This document shows, piece after piece, positions 20,553 through 30,803 of a DNA stretch of 64,000 bases; position 1 is the stretch's first letter, and every line of letters starts with the position of its first letter. The translations under genes were made by a program, and so were the position numbers. The notes below the pieces were generated by a model, which saw only the letters and a list, made by a program, of their open reading frames with translations, was not told the DNA's origin and searched no databases. Location of the stretch: the NCBI GenBank assembly GCA_041946735.1, contig JBHGAY010000004.1, positions 32,001 to 96,000 on the forward strand, read 5' to 3'. The DNA comes from Candidatus Eiseniibacteriota bacterium. Its GTDB lineage: Bacteria; Eisenbacteria; RBG-16-71-46; CAIMUX01; VGJL01.

Positions 20553-23500
20553 CTAGAGCGCCTCGGCCAGCTCCGGAACTCCTGCGCCCTGCAGCCCTTC
20601 GTCGACCGTCTCGATCGCCTCCGGCCGCTCGGTGACCGGCACGCGCACGCGGGCCACCAGCACGTAGATCGCGGGGACGACGAAGAGGGTGAACGCCGTT
20701 CCGATGATCATCCCGCTCACGAGCGTGATTCCGATCGAGTTCCGCGCGCCCGCGCCCGGACCGTGCGCGAAGACGAGCGGCAGGTGACCGAAGACCGTGG
20801 CCGCGGTCGTCATGAGGATCGGTCGCAAGCGGGTCCCCGCCGCTTCGATCACCGCATCGAGCTTGCCGAGTCCGGTTTCCTGGAGATGGTTCGCGAACTG
20901 GACGATCAGGATCCCGTTCTTCGCGATCAGCCCGACGAGCGTGATCAATCCGACCTGGCTGTAGATGTTCAAGGTCGTGAACCCCAGGAACGTGAAGAGC
21001 AGCGCGCCCGAGAGGGCGAGCGGCACCGACCCGGCCAGGATCACGAACGGATCGCGGAAGCTTTCGAACTGCGCGGCGAGCACGAGATAGATCAGGATCG
21101 CCGAGAGAAGGAAGACCGCGAGAAACCTGCCTCCCTCGGTGCGCAGCTGGCGCGACTCCCCCGCGTAGTCGATCGTGAATCCGGGAGGCAGGATCTGCTT
21201 CGCCTCCTCCTCCAGGAACGTCAGCGCCTTGTCCAGCGAGACCTGCGGCGGGACGACGCCCTGAATCCGCACGGCGTTCAGCTGCTGGAAGCGCTTCAGC
21301 TCGCGCGGCTCCGTGGTCGTCTTCAGGGTGGCGAAGGTCGAGAGCGGCACGAGCGCGCCCTTCGGTCCGCTGACGTAGATCTCCTCGAGCTGCTCGGGCG
21401 TGAGCCTCTCGCTCCGCTTCACCTGCGGGATCACCTTGTAGCTTCTTCCCTGGATGCTGAAGCGGTTCACGTAGTCCCCGCCGAGAAGCGTCGACAGGTC
21501 CTGCCCGGCCTGGCTCATGTCGACTCCCTGCGACCGCACCTTGTCTCGATTGAACACGACCTCCGCCTGGGGCTGGTCGAACTTCAGATCCGCGTCGGCG
21601 AACATGAACAGGCCGCTCTGATACGCCTTCTGGACGAGCTGGCCGGCGAATTCCAGCAGCTGTTCCGGTTCCGCGGTCGATGCGATCACGAAGTCGACGG
21701 GGAAGTCCCCGCCGCCCGGGAGCGACGGCGGCACGATCGGGATCACGCGGATCCCGGGGATCTGCGACAGTGCGGCCGACGACTCCATCTGGAGCTGGGC
21801 CGTGCTCTTGTTGCGGTCGCTCCACGGCTTCGTCACCATCCCGCCGAAGCCTCCGGTCGGGAACGTGATCTGGAAGGTGTTCTCCGTCTCGGGAAAGGAC
21901 TTGTAGACGTCGTACACCTTCTTCGTGAACATCGTCGTCTGATCGATCGTCGCGTTCGGCGAAGCCTGGACGATCCCGAACACCACCGACTGATCCTCCG
22001 CCGGCGCCAGCTCCTTCTGCGAGAACATGTAGAACGGGATCATCAGGAGGACGACGATCCCCCAGAGGACCAGAACGACCTGGCGGTAGGCGAGCGTGCC
22101 GGACAGAGCCCGGCGGTACCAGTCGCGTACCGCGTCGAAGTGACGGTTGATCATTCCGGCGAATCCGCGCTCCTCCTGGCCGCGCCGCAGCAGCTTCGAG
22201 CCCATCATGGGGGACAGCGTGAGCGCTACCACTCCGGAGACGAGCACCGCCCCCGACAATGCGAACGCGAACTCACGGAAGAGCGACCCGGTCAGACCGC
22301 CCTGGATGGCGACCGGCGTGTAAACCGCCGCGAGGGTGATCGTCATCGCGATGATCGGACCGACGAGTTCCCGTGCGGCATCGATCGCCGCCTTGAACGG
22401 CCGCTTCCCGCTGCGTAAGTGCCGCTCGATGTTCTCGACCATGACGATCGCGTCGTCGACGACGAGACCCACCGAGAGGACGATCGCGAGCAGCGTCAGC
22501 AGGTTGATCGTGAAGCCCGCGACCGCCATCAGGAAGACCGATCCGACGAGCGAGATCGGAATCGCGATCGCCGGGATGATGAGGCCGCGCACCGAACCGA
22601 GGAAGAGGAAGATGATCACGACCACGATCAGGAGGGTCTCGGTCAGCGTCTTCAACACCTCGTCGATGGCGTTCTCGATGTAGACGGTGGAGTCGTACGG
22701 AATGCCCGCCTTCATCCCGACCGGAAGCTGCTTCTGGATCTCCGGCATCGCGTCCCGCACCCGCTTGATCACGTCGAGCGAGTTGGCCGTAGGCAGGACC
22801 CAGAGGCCCATGAAGGTCGCCTTCTGGCCGTTGAAGCGGACCTCCTGCTCGTAGTCCTCGGCGCCGAGCGCCACGTCCGCGATGTCGCCGAGGCGAACGA
22901 CGGCGCCGTCCTCCTGCTTGACGATCAGTTGGCGGAACTCCTCGGGTGTCTGCAGATCGGTGTTCGCGACCATGTTCACTGAAACCATCGTCCCCTTCGT
23001 CCGTCCCAGGGCCGACAGATAGTTGTTGCGGGCGAGGGCGTCGCGCACCTGCGACGGGGAGATGCCGAGCGCCGCCATCTTCTCCGGCTTCAGCCAGATC
23101 CGCATGGCGAAGGTACGGTCGCCGAGGATGTCCGCGCGCTGCACTCCCTCGATCGCGGAGAGCTTCGGCTGCACGACACGGGTCAGGTAGTCCGTGATCT
23201 GGTTCTGGTCGAGGTCGTCGGACGCGAACCCGAGGTACATCGCCGCGAACTGGTTGTCGGCCGTCTCGAGCTCGATGACCGGCGCCTCCGCCTCGGGCGG
23301 CAGGTCGTTACGGACCTGCGCCACCTTCGACTGGATCTGCGTGAGCGCCGCGTTGGTGTCGTAGTTCAGCCTCAGATGGACGGTGATCGTGCTCAGCCCC
23401 TGCGCGCTCGAGGACTCGAGATAGTCGATCCCATCGGCGCTCGCGATCACCCGCTCGAGCGGAGAGGTGATGAACCCGCGCACGAGGTCCGCGTTCGCCC

Positions 23501-23657
23501 CGATGTACGCGGTCGTCACCCGCACCACCGCGACGTCGCTTCTCGGGAACTGCCGCACGCTCAGCGAGCGGATCGACTGGATTCCCGCGATCAGGATGAT
23601 CAGGTTGACGACGATCGCGAGAACCGGCCGCCGGATGAAAAGGTCGGTGAACTTCAT
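20553..23657 (-). CDS. RND efflux permease (AcrB/MexW-like)
   Basis: 1034 aa; FIRRPVLA, GLVVDDAIVMVEN, AKNGILIV, RLRPILMT. Confidence 0.96.
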   Translation of the reverse strand: MKFTDLFIRRPVLAIVVNLIILIAGIQSIRSLSVRQFPRSDVAVVRVTTAYIGANADLVRGFITSPLERVIASADGIDYLESSSAQGLSTITVHLRLNYDTNAALTQIQSKVAQVRNDLPPEAEAPVIELETADNQFAAMYLGFASDDLDQNQITDYLTRVVQPKLSAIEGVQRADILGDRTFAMRIWLKPEKMAALGISPSQVRDALARNNYLSALGRTKGTMVSVNMVANTDLQTPEEFRQLIVKQEDGAVVRLGDIADVALGAEDYEQEVRFNGQKATFMGLWVLPTANSLDVIKRVRDAMPEIQKQLPVGMKAGIPYDSTVYIENAIDEVLKTLTETLLIVVVIIFLFLGSVRGLIIPAIAIPISLVGSVFLMAVAGFTINLLTLLAIVLSVGLVVDDAIVMVENIERHLRSGKRPFKAAIDAARELVGPIIAMTITLAAVYTPVAIQGGLTGSLFREFAFALSGAVLVSGVVALTLSPMMGSKLLRRGQEERGFAGMINRHFDAVRDWYRRALSGTLAYRQVVLVLWGIVVLLMIPFYMFSQKELAPAEDQSVVFGIVQASPNATIDQTTMFTKKVYDVYKSFPETENTFQITFPTGGFGGMVTKPWSDRNKSTAQLQMESSAALSQIPGIRVIPIVPPSLPGGGDFPVDFVIASTAEPEQLLEFAGQLVQKAYQSGLFMFADADLKFDQPQAEVVFNRDKVRSQGVDMSQAGQDLSTLLGGDYVNRFSIQGRSYKVIPQVKRSERLTPEQLEEIYVSGPKGALVPLSTFATLKTTTEPRELKRFQQLNAVRIQGVVPPQVSLDKALTFLEEEAKQILPPGFTIDYAGESRQLRTEGGRFLAVFLLSAILIYLVLAAQFESFRDPFVILAGSVPLALSGALLFTFLGFTTLNIYSQVGLITLVGLIAKNGILIVQFANHLQETGLGKLDAVIEAAGTRLRPILMTTAATVFGHLPLVFAHGPGAGARNSIGITLVSGMIIGTAFTLFVVPAIYVLVARVRVPVTERPEAIETVDEGLQGAGVPELAEAL

Positions 23658-24781
23658 CAGCTGTCCTCCGGCCGCGGCGCGGGGCTGTTCGAAGGTTGCA
23701 CGTTGTTGTTGACGAGGACCGCCGCGCCGTTACGGAGCTTGAACGCTCCGGAGGTCACGACTTCCTCACCCGGGTTCACGCCGGAGAGAACCGCCACCTG
23801 GTCGCCTCGAGAGCCGCCCAGCTTGACGAACTGCTGGCGGACGCCGCGGTAGGTCCGTCCCTCGGGACTCTTCACATCCTCGACGATGAAGACCGAGTTG
23901 CCATACGGGGCATAGCTGACCGCCGAAGCCGGAAGCGTCACGAGGGTGCTGCCCGGACCAAGCGTCACCTGAACCTCGACGAACATTCCGGGCCGCAGCA
24001 CGCCGGCCGGATTCTGCAGAATCGCCTGCACCTTCACGTTTCGGGTCGCCTCGTCGATGATCGAGTTGATCGCGCTGATCGTCCCCTTCATCGCCGACTC
24101 GATCCCCTCGGAGGAGACTTCCACCTCGCCGCCCAGATGCAGCTGTCCGACGTCCTGCTGGGGGACGGCGAAGTTGACGTAGATCGGATCGAGGGACTGC
24201 AGTGGGACGATCGCGTCGCCGCCGCTCACGTACTGGCCCACGTCGACCTGGCGGATTCCGAGCGTGCCGGAGAACGGAGCGCGGATCGTCTTGCGATCGA
24301 TCATCGCCTGGATCTCCCCGACTCGCGCTTCCGCCTGCTTCCGCTCCGCGTCGGCTCGATCGAATTCCGCCTGGGACGTGACCCCCTTCTCGCGAAGCTC
24401 GCGGAACCGAGCGAAGTTCTGGTCGACCAACTCCCGTTGCGCCTGCGCGGCTGCCAGCTGCGCCCGCTCCTGCCGCGTGTCGAGCGACACGAGGAGATCG
24501 CCGGCCTTCACCGACGCGCCCGACTGGAAGTGGATCTTCTCGACGATTCCCGGCATGTCGGCGCTGACCGTGACGCCATGCACCGCCTCGACGCTCCCGA
24601 TCGAGCCGAGCGTCGAAGGCCATACTTCCTGATTCGCCATGATCGTCGTCACCGCCTCGGGGGGCGGCTGCCACGCCATGCCTTGCGCGATCGCCGTTTG
24701 GATCTGCTTGTACTTCACGAATCCGATGGCCCCGAGAAAGAAGGCCACCGCAACCAGCATGAGGATCATTCGCTTTTTCAT
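23657..24781 (-). CDS. RND periplasmic adaptor (membrane fusion protein)
   Basis: N-terminal anchor, IRAPFSGTLGIRQV, LRPGMFV; directly upstream of the permease. Confidence 0.95.
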   Translation of the reverse strand: MKKRMILMLVAVAFFLGAIGFVKYKQIQTAIAQGMAWQPPPEAVTTIMANQEVWPSTLGSIGSVEAVHGVTVSADMPGIVEKIHFQSGASVKAGDLLVSLDTRQERAQLAAAQAQRELVDQNFARFRELREKGVTSQAEFDRADAERKQAEARVGEIQAMIDRKTIRAPFSGTLGIRQVDVGQYVSGGDAIVPLQSLDPIYVNFAVPQQDVGQLHLGGEVEVSSEGIESAMKGTISAINSIIDEATRNVKVQAILQNPAGVLRPGMFVEVQVTLGPGSTLVTLPASAVSYAPYGNSVFIVEDVKSPEGRTYRGVRQQFVKLGGSRGDQVAVLSGVNPGEEVVTSGAFKLRNGAAVLVNNNVQPSNSPAPRPEDS

Positions 24782-25038
24782 GGACGGACACTCCCTCTTC
24801 GGTTCGGATCAGGCTCGACTCGTGTGCGAGTTCGTTCGGACTCGGGTTGGACTCGGTGCTCGGACTCGGTTCGGCTGGACTCGGGCTGGACACGGCGGGC
24901 GGACTCGGTCCAACCGGACTCGGTTCCCTCGACCTTCCGCCGTTCACGGCTCGCTCGGACTGCTCGGACTTCTGGGCCCCATTCGCCTGGCCGCAGGCGC
25001 GGCACAGCTCGGACCCCTCCGACTCCTGTCGCTCTCAT
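24778..25038 (-). CDS. Possible 86-aa low-complexity linker ORF containing GGACTCGG repeats
   Basis: ATGA overlaps at both ends (TolC stop and adaptor start); repeated TES/VQPES units. Confidence 0.3.
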   Translation of the reverse strand: MRATGVGGVRAVPRLRPGEWGPEVRAVRASRERRKVEGTESGWTESARRVQPESSRTESEHRVQPESERTRTRVEPDPNRRGSVRP

Positions 25039-26609
25039 TCGATCTCCCTCCCGTCGATGTCCCGCTCGTCCAGCAGGGAGCCGGTGGCGCGCGCGATCTC
25101 GGTGCGCGCGTTCCGATAGGCCGTCAGGGCTGAGATCTCCTCGAGTCGCGCCCGCGAGAGATCGTTCTGCCGTGTGAGGACGAGGAAGTTCGTCGAGAGC
25201 CCGACCGCGTAGCGGTCCTGCTCCGCGGAGAGCTGCACCTCGGCGGCCTCCCGACCCGAGCGCGCGGCCTCGATCCTCTGCCTCGCCGTCTCCAGCGCGG
25301 CCGCAGCGTCGAGCACTTCCGCACGGATCGACTTGCGCATTCGCGAGACATCCGCCTGCGCCTGGTCCAGGGCGCTCCTCGCTGACGACGCCGCGGCTCG
25401 CGCCGACCGATTCGAGATCGGGACCTCGAGGACCAGACCGACCTTCACCGCGTCGTAGTCGCTGTCCCCCAGGCTCTGGAACGCGTCGCCGAGACCGCCC
25501 GACCAGCGATCGGGAAGATCCCCTCCGTCATCCAGAGGATTGCGGGATCCGGCCAAGCCGTAGCGGTCGTACGATAGGACCGCGTCAAGGGACGGATAGA
25601 CCGAGTTGCGAGCGAGGGACGTCTCCGCTCGCCGGCGTTCGATCGCGGCCGCTCCGGCGCGCAGCTCGGGACGCCGATCGAGGGCCTGGTCCATCAAGGC
25701 GGCGACGTCCACGGGCGACGGGTCGACAGTCGGCTCGTCCGCGGGAATCAGCCTGTCGGCCCAAAGCGGATCCTCATCCGAGAGGATCTGCACCTTCAGC
25801 GCGTTCTCGGCTCTCGAGAGGTTCTCGCGGGCGGCAAGCAGGTCCCCTGTCCTTCGCTGGAGCTCCGCGCGAGGCTGGGCGGTCTCGGTTTCCGGCGCTG
25901 CGCCGGTCTTCACACGACTCTCGGTCTCCTCGAGCTGCTCTTGAGCGAGGCGAACGCTCTCCTCGAGCACATCGACCGCCTGGCGCGCGGCGATCAGCGA
26001 CCAGTATCCCTGCTCGACCGATGCGATGGTCTCCGTGACCGTGCTGCGAAGGGCGGCCTCGGCGCCGCTTCGTTGCGAGCGGGCGACGCGGACATTGGCG
26101 CGGGCCGGGTCGATCGCGAATCCGCGCAGAAGCGGCTGCCGCAGCTCGACGCCGATCTGCGTCGAGTTGGCCGGAGTCAGCAGGGCGAGACTGCCGCTGG
26201 TCGTCTCGTGCGCCGCCCGTCCGGCGATGGAAAGCGACGCGCCGGTCGGAAGCAGCTGCCGGATCGAGAGCGTTCCTTCACTTGCCTTGTAGGTCGGCGC
26301 CGATCCGAGCGGCACTCCCGAGAAGGACGAGTTCAACGGCTCCCGGGAGCGCTGCCATCCGCCGCTGATCTGGAGCAGCGGATCGTACGCGCCTCGCGCA
26401 CCCGTGAGGCCCGCCTTCGCGGCCGAGAACGACTCGCGATCGATCGCGATCTGCTCGTTGTGGGACAGAGCCAGTTCGATCGCCTCGTCGAGCGTGAGCG
26501 CGTGCTCTGCCGCCCGCGCGGCACGGGGCGCCGCGAGCGATGCGGCGCCGGCGATCAGAATCGGCAAGAACGCGGCCCGCGCGGCCCGGGAAATCGTTTG
26601 CGGGTGCAT
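25035..26609 (-). CDS. TolC-family outer membrane efflux protein
   Basis: Signal peptide, LTLDEAIELAL, two OEP-like repeats, AEQDRYAVGLSTNFLVL. Confidence 0.92.
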   Translation of the reverse strand: MHPQTISRAARAAFLPILIAGAASLAAPRAARAAEHALTLDEAIELALSHNEQIAIDRESFSAAKAGLTGARGAYDPLLQISGGWQRSREPLNSSFSGVPLGSAPTYKASEGTLSIRQLLPTGASLSIAGRAAHETTSGSLALLTPANSTQIGVELRQPLLRGFAIDPARANVRVARSQRSGAEAALRSTVTETIASVEQGYWSLIAARQAVDVLEESVRLAQEQLEETESRVKTGAAPETETAQPRAELQRRTGDLLAARENLSRAENALKVQILSDEDPLWADRLIPADEPTVDPSPVDVAALMDQALDRRPELRAGAAAIERRRAETSLARNSVYPSLDAVLSYDRYGLAGSRNPLDDGGDLPDRWSGGLGDAFQSLGDSDYDAVKVGLVLEVPISNRSARAAASSARSALDQAQADVSRMRKSIRAEVLDAAAALETARQRIEAARSGREAAEVQLSAEQDRYAVGLSTNFLVLTRQNDLSRARLEEISALTAYRNARTEIARATGSLLDERDIDGREIE

Positions 26610-26842
26610 CACACTCCTCCCTGGAGGTCGGTTTTCTGTAGCCGTGGATCGAGAGCCTCGGCGAATCTCGCGAGACGACGGGAGTCGATCGACTGCAGCG
26701 CGTGCAGCTCGCAAGGAGTCAGTTGGAATCCCCGCTCCACCAGCTCCTGGAGCGCTGCGCCCGGATCCTTCGAAAAGCGGCGCCGGAACGCCTCGTCGGT
26801 CGCCAACCATCCAATGACCCGCTCCACCGTCGAATGACTCAT
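26609..26842 (-). CDS. NHLP-clan (Os1348/Franean1_4349-like) small protein
   Basis: MSHSTVERVIGWLATDEAFRRRFSKDPGAAL...LTPCELHAL matches the nitrile-hydratase-leader-like pattern; coupled to the TolC start. Confidence 0.75.
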   Translation of the reverse strand: MSHSTVERVIGWLATDEAFRRRFSKDPGAALQELVERGFQLTPCELHALQSIDSRRLARFAEALDPRLQKTDLQGGV

Positions 26843-26871
26843 GAGTCTTTCTCTCCCTCGGCGGGCCACTA

Positions 26872-26887
26872 CACCAGGACCGTGCCA
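26872..26887 (-). promoter_or_regulatory. Putative sigma54 (-24/-12) promoter
   Basis: TGGCACG-GTCC-TGGT, perfect -24 and degenerate -12, 30 nt upstream of the NHLP ATG and next to a sigma54 activator gene. Confidence 0.55.
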
Positions 26888-27249
26888 GGGGCGAGCGCCG
26901 GGCTTCGCGCGCGCGCTTCCGCGCCGCGGGACGCGGTTTGCGAGGGCCGGGGACGATGAAGGCCGTGCGCGCGGACATACGGGGAGCGGGAAGCGGGTTC
27001 GACCACCTGCGGAGATATCGACAAGTTGTCGGAAGATCCGCGCGGATGCGGAGACAGCCTGGAGACTGAGAGAGACGGAGATGGATTAGGGATAAAGGGA
27101 AGGAGAAGGAGATCCAGACGGAAGCCGAAGCGCCGGAGAAGCGTCCGGTCGCTTCCCCGGACGTCCGGACCGTATCACGGCATCGGCGCGGGTGTCAGCG
27201 CATCGGGGCGCAAGTCGCCGGCGCCCAGTACGCGCCGACCCCCGCTCTT

Positions 27250-27290
27250 CTTCTAGGTAAGGCCGTGCTCCTTCTAGGTAAGGCCGTGCT
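27250..27290. repeat. 21-bp-period tandem duplication covering the activator stop codon
   Basis: CTTCTAGGTAAGGCCGTGCT at 27250 and 27271. Confidence 0.9.
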
Positions 27291-29400
27291 TCTCGAGGCG
27301 CGTGTAGAGTTGCGCGCGGGAGAGTCCGAGAAGACGGGCCGCCTTCGACTTGTTCCCCTTCGCCTGATGGAGAGCCGCTTCGACGTACCGGCGCTCGACC
27401 GAGTCGAGATCGACACCGGCGGGCGGGATCAGCCCACCCGCGCCGGGCAGTCCCGCAGCGCCGTTGGGCGACGCGACTGCCGGCCTAGCCATCGCCGCCG
27501 GCAGGTGCTCACGGGTGATCAGCCCGCCGTCACAGAGCAGGATCGCTCGCTCGATGGCGTTGCGAAGCTCGCGGACGTTCCCCGGCCAGGTATGGGAGAG
27601 CAGCCAGTCGCGCGCGTCGCGCGAGATCCCCGCTGCGGGGCGTCCCATCGTCCGACCGAGGTCCTCGAGGAACGCCTCCGCCATCGGAAGCACGTCTTCC
27701 GGCCGCTCGCGCAGCGGCGGGATGTGGATCTGAAACACGTTCAATCGATAGTAGAGGTCCTCTCGGAACTCCTGGCGGGCGATGGCGGAGTCGAGGTCCC
27801 GGTTGGTCGCCGCGATGACCCGGACGTCCGCGCGGTAGGTGCGCGATCCTCCGAGCCGCTGGAACTCCCGCTCCTGGAGAACGCGCAGGAACTTCGCCTG
27901 CACTACGGGGCTCATCTCACCGATTTCGTCGAGGAACAGAGTCCCGCCCGCGGCTTGCTCGAGGCGGCCGATCTTCGTTGCGATCGCCCCCGTGAAAGCT
28001 CCCTTCTCGTGTCCGAACAGCTCGGATTCCAGGAGGTGCTCGGGCAGCGCCGCGCAGTTGATCGCGACGAACGGCTTCCCGGCGCGCGGCGAGCCGCGGT
28101 GGATCAGATGGGCGAGCACCTCCTTGCCGGTGCCCGACTCGCCAGTGATCATCACCGTCGTTTCCGACGGGGCTACGCGCCCGACCTGCAGCACCGCGTC
28201 GCGCCACGACCGCGAGATGCCTACGATCCGTCCGCGGCCGCGAGACTCCATTTCGCGGGTGAGCGTCTCGACGGTCGCTGCGAGGCGCTCCGCGCGCTCG
28301 CGCGCCTCCGCCGCGATGCGCGCCTCCTCGGCAAGACGCTGGTGAGAGAACATGAGCGCGATACGGTCGGCGATCCGAATCGCCACCTCCGCATCCTCGC
28401 GCCCGAAGCGGGAAGGTTCCGCGTGGAAGAACCCGAGACTTCCGCGAACCTCGTCCGACATGCGGACGGGCACTCTCAGCCAGGATCGCATTCCCGAGGA
28501 GAGAATCAGGCGCTGGCGCTCGGTCGTCGGCGGCATCTCGACCTGAATGTCCTGCACGATCTCGAAATCGCGCGAGCGGCGCTCCATCTCCTCATCGGTC
28601 AAAGAGACGGGATCTTGGGGAACAGGGCGATCGACGCAACCGGCGAGCGCGATGATGCGAATCGACCGGGCCCGCAGATCCAGCTCCGTCAACACCATGA
28701 TCGAGTGCTCGAGAACCGGCTGAATCCCCTCGGAAAGGCGCTCGAACACCTCTCGGATGTCGAGCGATTCCGCGAGCGTGCCCATCAGCTCCTCGACCCG
28801 GTTGAGCCGTTCCTGCCGGCGGCGGTCGGCGTCCCAGATCCGCCAGTGCTCCACGGCGGAGCCGAGTATCGCGGCGATCGGGCGGAGAAGCCGCTGGTGC
28901 TCCTCCGTGAACGCGCTCGGGGCCGTCGAGCTGAGCCAGACGCCGCCTGCGAAAGGCTCGCCGTAGTGGAACGGCTCCCACAGCGCCGATCGGACTCCGC
29001 CCTGGAGGATTCCCGCGTCGCCGGGGAAGGAAGGGTCGAGCTCGCTCTGCGCATCATCGATGCGCCGGATCGGTCCGGGGCGCGGTCGCATCCGCGGGGA
29101 CCAGTCGGTCAGCGGGAACGGCGCCGAGCACGGCGATTCGGCGCAGCCGAGCGTCGTGGCGTGCGCGACCGCCCACTGTCCTTCGAGGACGCGGATCACA
29201 CCCATGTGCTCGAGCGGAATCAGCTCACGGACGGAGGTGGCCACGTGATGGAAGACGTCCTGGAGCTCGAGGGTCTGAGACGCCGTGACGGCGATGTCGG
29301 TCATGACGCGGGCGAACGCGGGCGGATCGACCAGGCGGTCGAGGAGATCGATAGCGCCGTGACGCTCCACGGTCTTCTGGTTCGGTGTTCGGGGGATCAT
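27274..29400 (-). CDS. Sigma54-dependent activator (2xGAF-AAA+-Fis HTH)
   Basis: [49 protein letters not shown]. Confidence 0.95.
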   Translation of the reverse strand: MIPRTPNQKTVERHGAIDLLDRLVDPPAFARVMTDIAVTASQTLELQDVFHHVATSVRELIPLEHMGVIRVLEGQWAVAHATTLGCAESPCSAPFPLTDWSPRMRPRPGPIRRIDDAQSELDPSFPGDAGILQGGVRSALWEPFHYGEPFAGGVWLSSTAPSAFTEEHQRLLRPIAAILGSAVEHWRIWDADRRRQERLNRVEELMGTLAESLDIREVFERLSEGIQPVLEHSIMVLTELDLRARSIRIIALAGCVDRPVPQDPVSLTDEEMERRSRDFEIVQDIQVEMPPTTERQRLILSSGMRSWLRVPVRMSDEVRGSLGFFHAEPSRFGREDAEVAIRIADRIALMFSHQRLAEEARIAAEARERAERLAATVETLTREMESRGRGRIVGISRSWRDAVLQVGRVAPSETTVMITGESGTGKEVLAHLIHRGSPRAGKPFVAINCAALPEHLLESELFGHEKGAFTGAIATKIGRLEQAAGGTLFLDEIGEMSPVVQAKFLRVLQEREFQRLGGSRTYRADVRVIAATNRDLDSAIARQEFREDLYYRLNVFQIHIPPLRERPEDVLPMAEAFLEDLGRTMGRPAAGISRDARDWLLSHTWPGNVRELRNAIERAILLCDGGLITREHLPAAMARPAVASPNGAAGLPGAGGLIPPAGVDLDSVERRYVEAALHQAKGNKSKAARLLGLSRAQLYTRLEKHGLT

Positions 29401-29771
29401 GAGGGGAAAGGTAGCAAAGTCGGGTAGCGAGGCGGCCAGAGGGAAGTGGCATGCGCGTTACTTCACAAGCGGCGAGGCCGCTCTGGCGCGCCGCCTGGTG
29501 CGAAAGTGTTTTCGGTCGAGCTCGCCGGCCGGATCCTCAGGGTCCCCGGAGCACACAGCAGAGAATGGGGGCGAGCGAGCACGGCCCCGGGGCGGGGGTC
29601 GCCGTTCCTTCCCGGAGAACGATCCCTCGGGAATCGACTGTGACCCGTGTGATTCCGATCCGGGCGCATCGTCTCCGGTATGGGCAGATCCGCGCCCTGC
29701 GTACCCCGGGACGCGACGACCGGAGGGGTGTCTGTACGCTGCGCCCGGAGCCCGCCCGAAGGGAGGAGACG

Positions 29772-30512
29772 GTGAGAGAGATCTTCTTGGCGCTCATGGC
29801 AGCCGCCTTGCTCGGAGGTGTCGTGCTTCCGACATCCGGGGAAACGATTTACCTGTACGCTGACTTCAATGACCAGCCGCTCGACCAGCCGATCGGAACG
29901 GGCGGACCGGAGCTGGGCCAACCGATCGAGGTGGATCCTTTCATCTCGACTGCCGTGCGAGAGGATCCGATGGGATCTGCGAGCCTCGAGATCCGGGACG
30001 CAGATGACTACAGCGCGGGCTCCGTTTGTTTCGAGCTGCTCGACGGCGCCGAACTTTCCAGCGGCCGCGTCGTGATCGCCGCCGATCTCTGGTTCCAAGC
30101 GCTTGCGGACGGCTACAGCTTCTTCTTCGGTGTCCGGGAGCACGGGGGAAACGCCCAGACCTTCGCATCGCTCAACTTCGTGTATGAAGGATCGATCACG
30201 CTCCGCGACAAGCAGGGCCCAGCCGGAATGATCGGACGCTACGAGATCGGCCGCCGGACCCACCTCGTTCTCGACTATGACCTGGACGCAGGAACGTACA
30301 GCGTGATGGTGGACGGCTCAGTTCTGGTGGCGGACCGGGCACATGGTGTGACCGGCAGGGGGATCGGCCGCCTCCTCATCGGCTGTAACAACGATTCCGA
30401 CCTCGATGGCGTGTTCAACGTGGATCTGATCACCGTGACCGACACCATCCGGGAAGTCGCGGCCGCAACGACGACCTGGGGGAAGGTAAGGGCGAGCTTC
30501 GGCAGGCGCTGA
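29772..30512 (+). CDS. Secreted hypothetical protein (beta-sandwich-like) with TWG C-terminal motif
   Basis: GGAGG RBS plus GTG, signal peptide, ends AAATTTWGKVRASFGRR. Confidence 0.75.
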   Translation: MREIFLALMAAALLGGVVLPTSGETIYLYADFNDQPLDQPIGTGGPELGQPIEVDPFISTAVREDPMGSASLEIRDADDYSAGSVCFELLDGAELSSGRVVIAADLWFQALADGYSFFFGVREHGGNAQTFASLNFVYEGSITLRDKQGPAGMIGRYEIGRRTHLVLDYDLDAGTYSVMVDGSVLVADRAHGVTGRGIGRLLIGCNNDSDLDGVFNVDLITVTDTIREVAAATTTWGKVRASFGRR

Positions 30513-30803
30513 TCGAGTGCCGTCGGGTCTGAAAGTCGGCGAACGAACATCTCCTCCCCGGAGCCAAACACGCCGCCGCCACGAACATTCGAGGAAGCTG
30601 GCGCGTGCTCGCCGTCATTGCGGCCGGGTTCGGCTGCTTCTCGATCGAAGCAACCGCTGAATTAGCCGTTGAAGTAGCCGTCCCCGGCCGCTATCCTCTC
30701 CCGTTCGTTTCGACGCTTGCCCCCGCCCGGCGCGACGGCGGTTCCACGATCGATCCCTTTTCGTCATCCACGATATCTGGCGGCCGCCATGGAGGTTCGT
30801 GTC

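Noticed and set aside
24835..24925. GGACTCGG repeats and the 15-mers at 46548-46627 as a possible CRISPR array
   Set aside because: Units are too short, have no unique 30-40 bp spacers, and no cas genes are present
26609..26842. Complete RiPP biosynthetic cluster
   Set aside because: No maturase or peptidase-transporter nearby; the radical SAMs in the window are MoaA and PflX-like
27250..27290. Direct repeat as an att site or target-site duplication
   Set aside because: Copies are adjacent with nothing between them, and there is no integrase, transposase or tRNA in the window
29447..29462. TGGCATG-CGCG-TTAC as a second sigma54 promoter
   Set aside because: The -12 GC is missing and it lies over 300 nt from the next start; too weak to call
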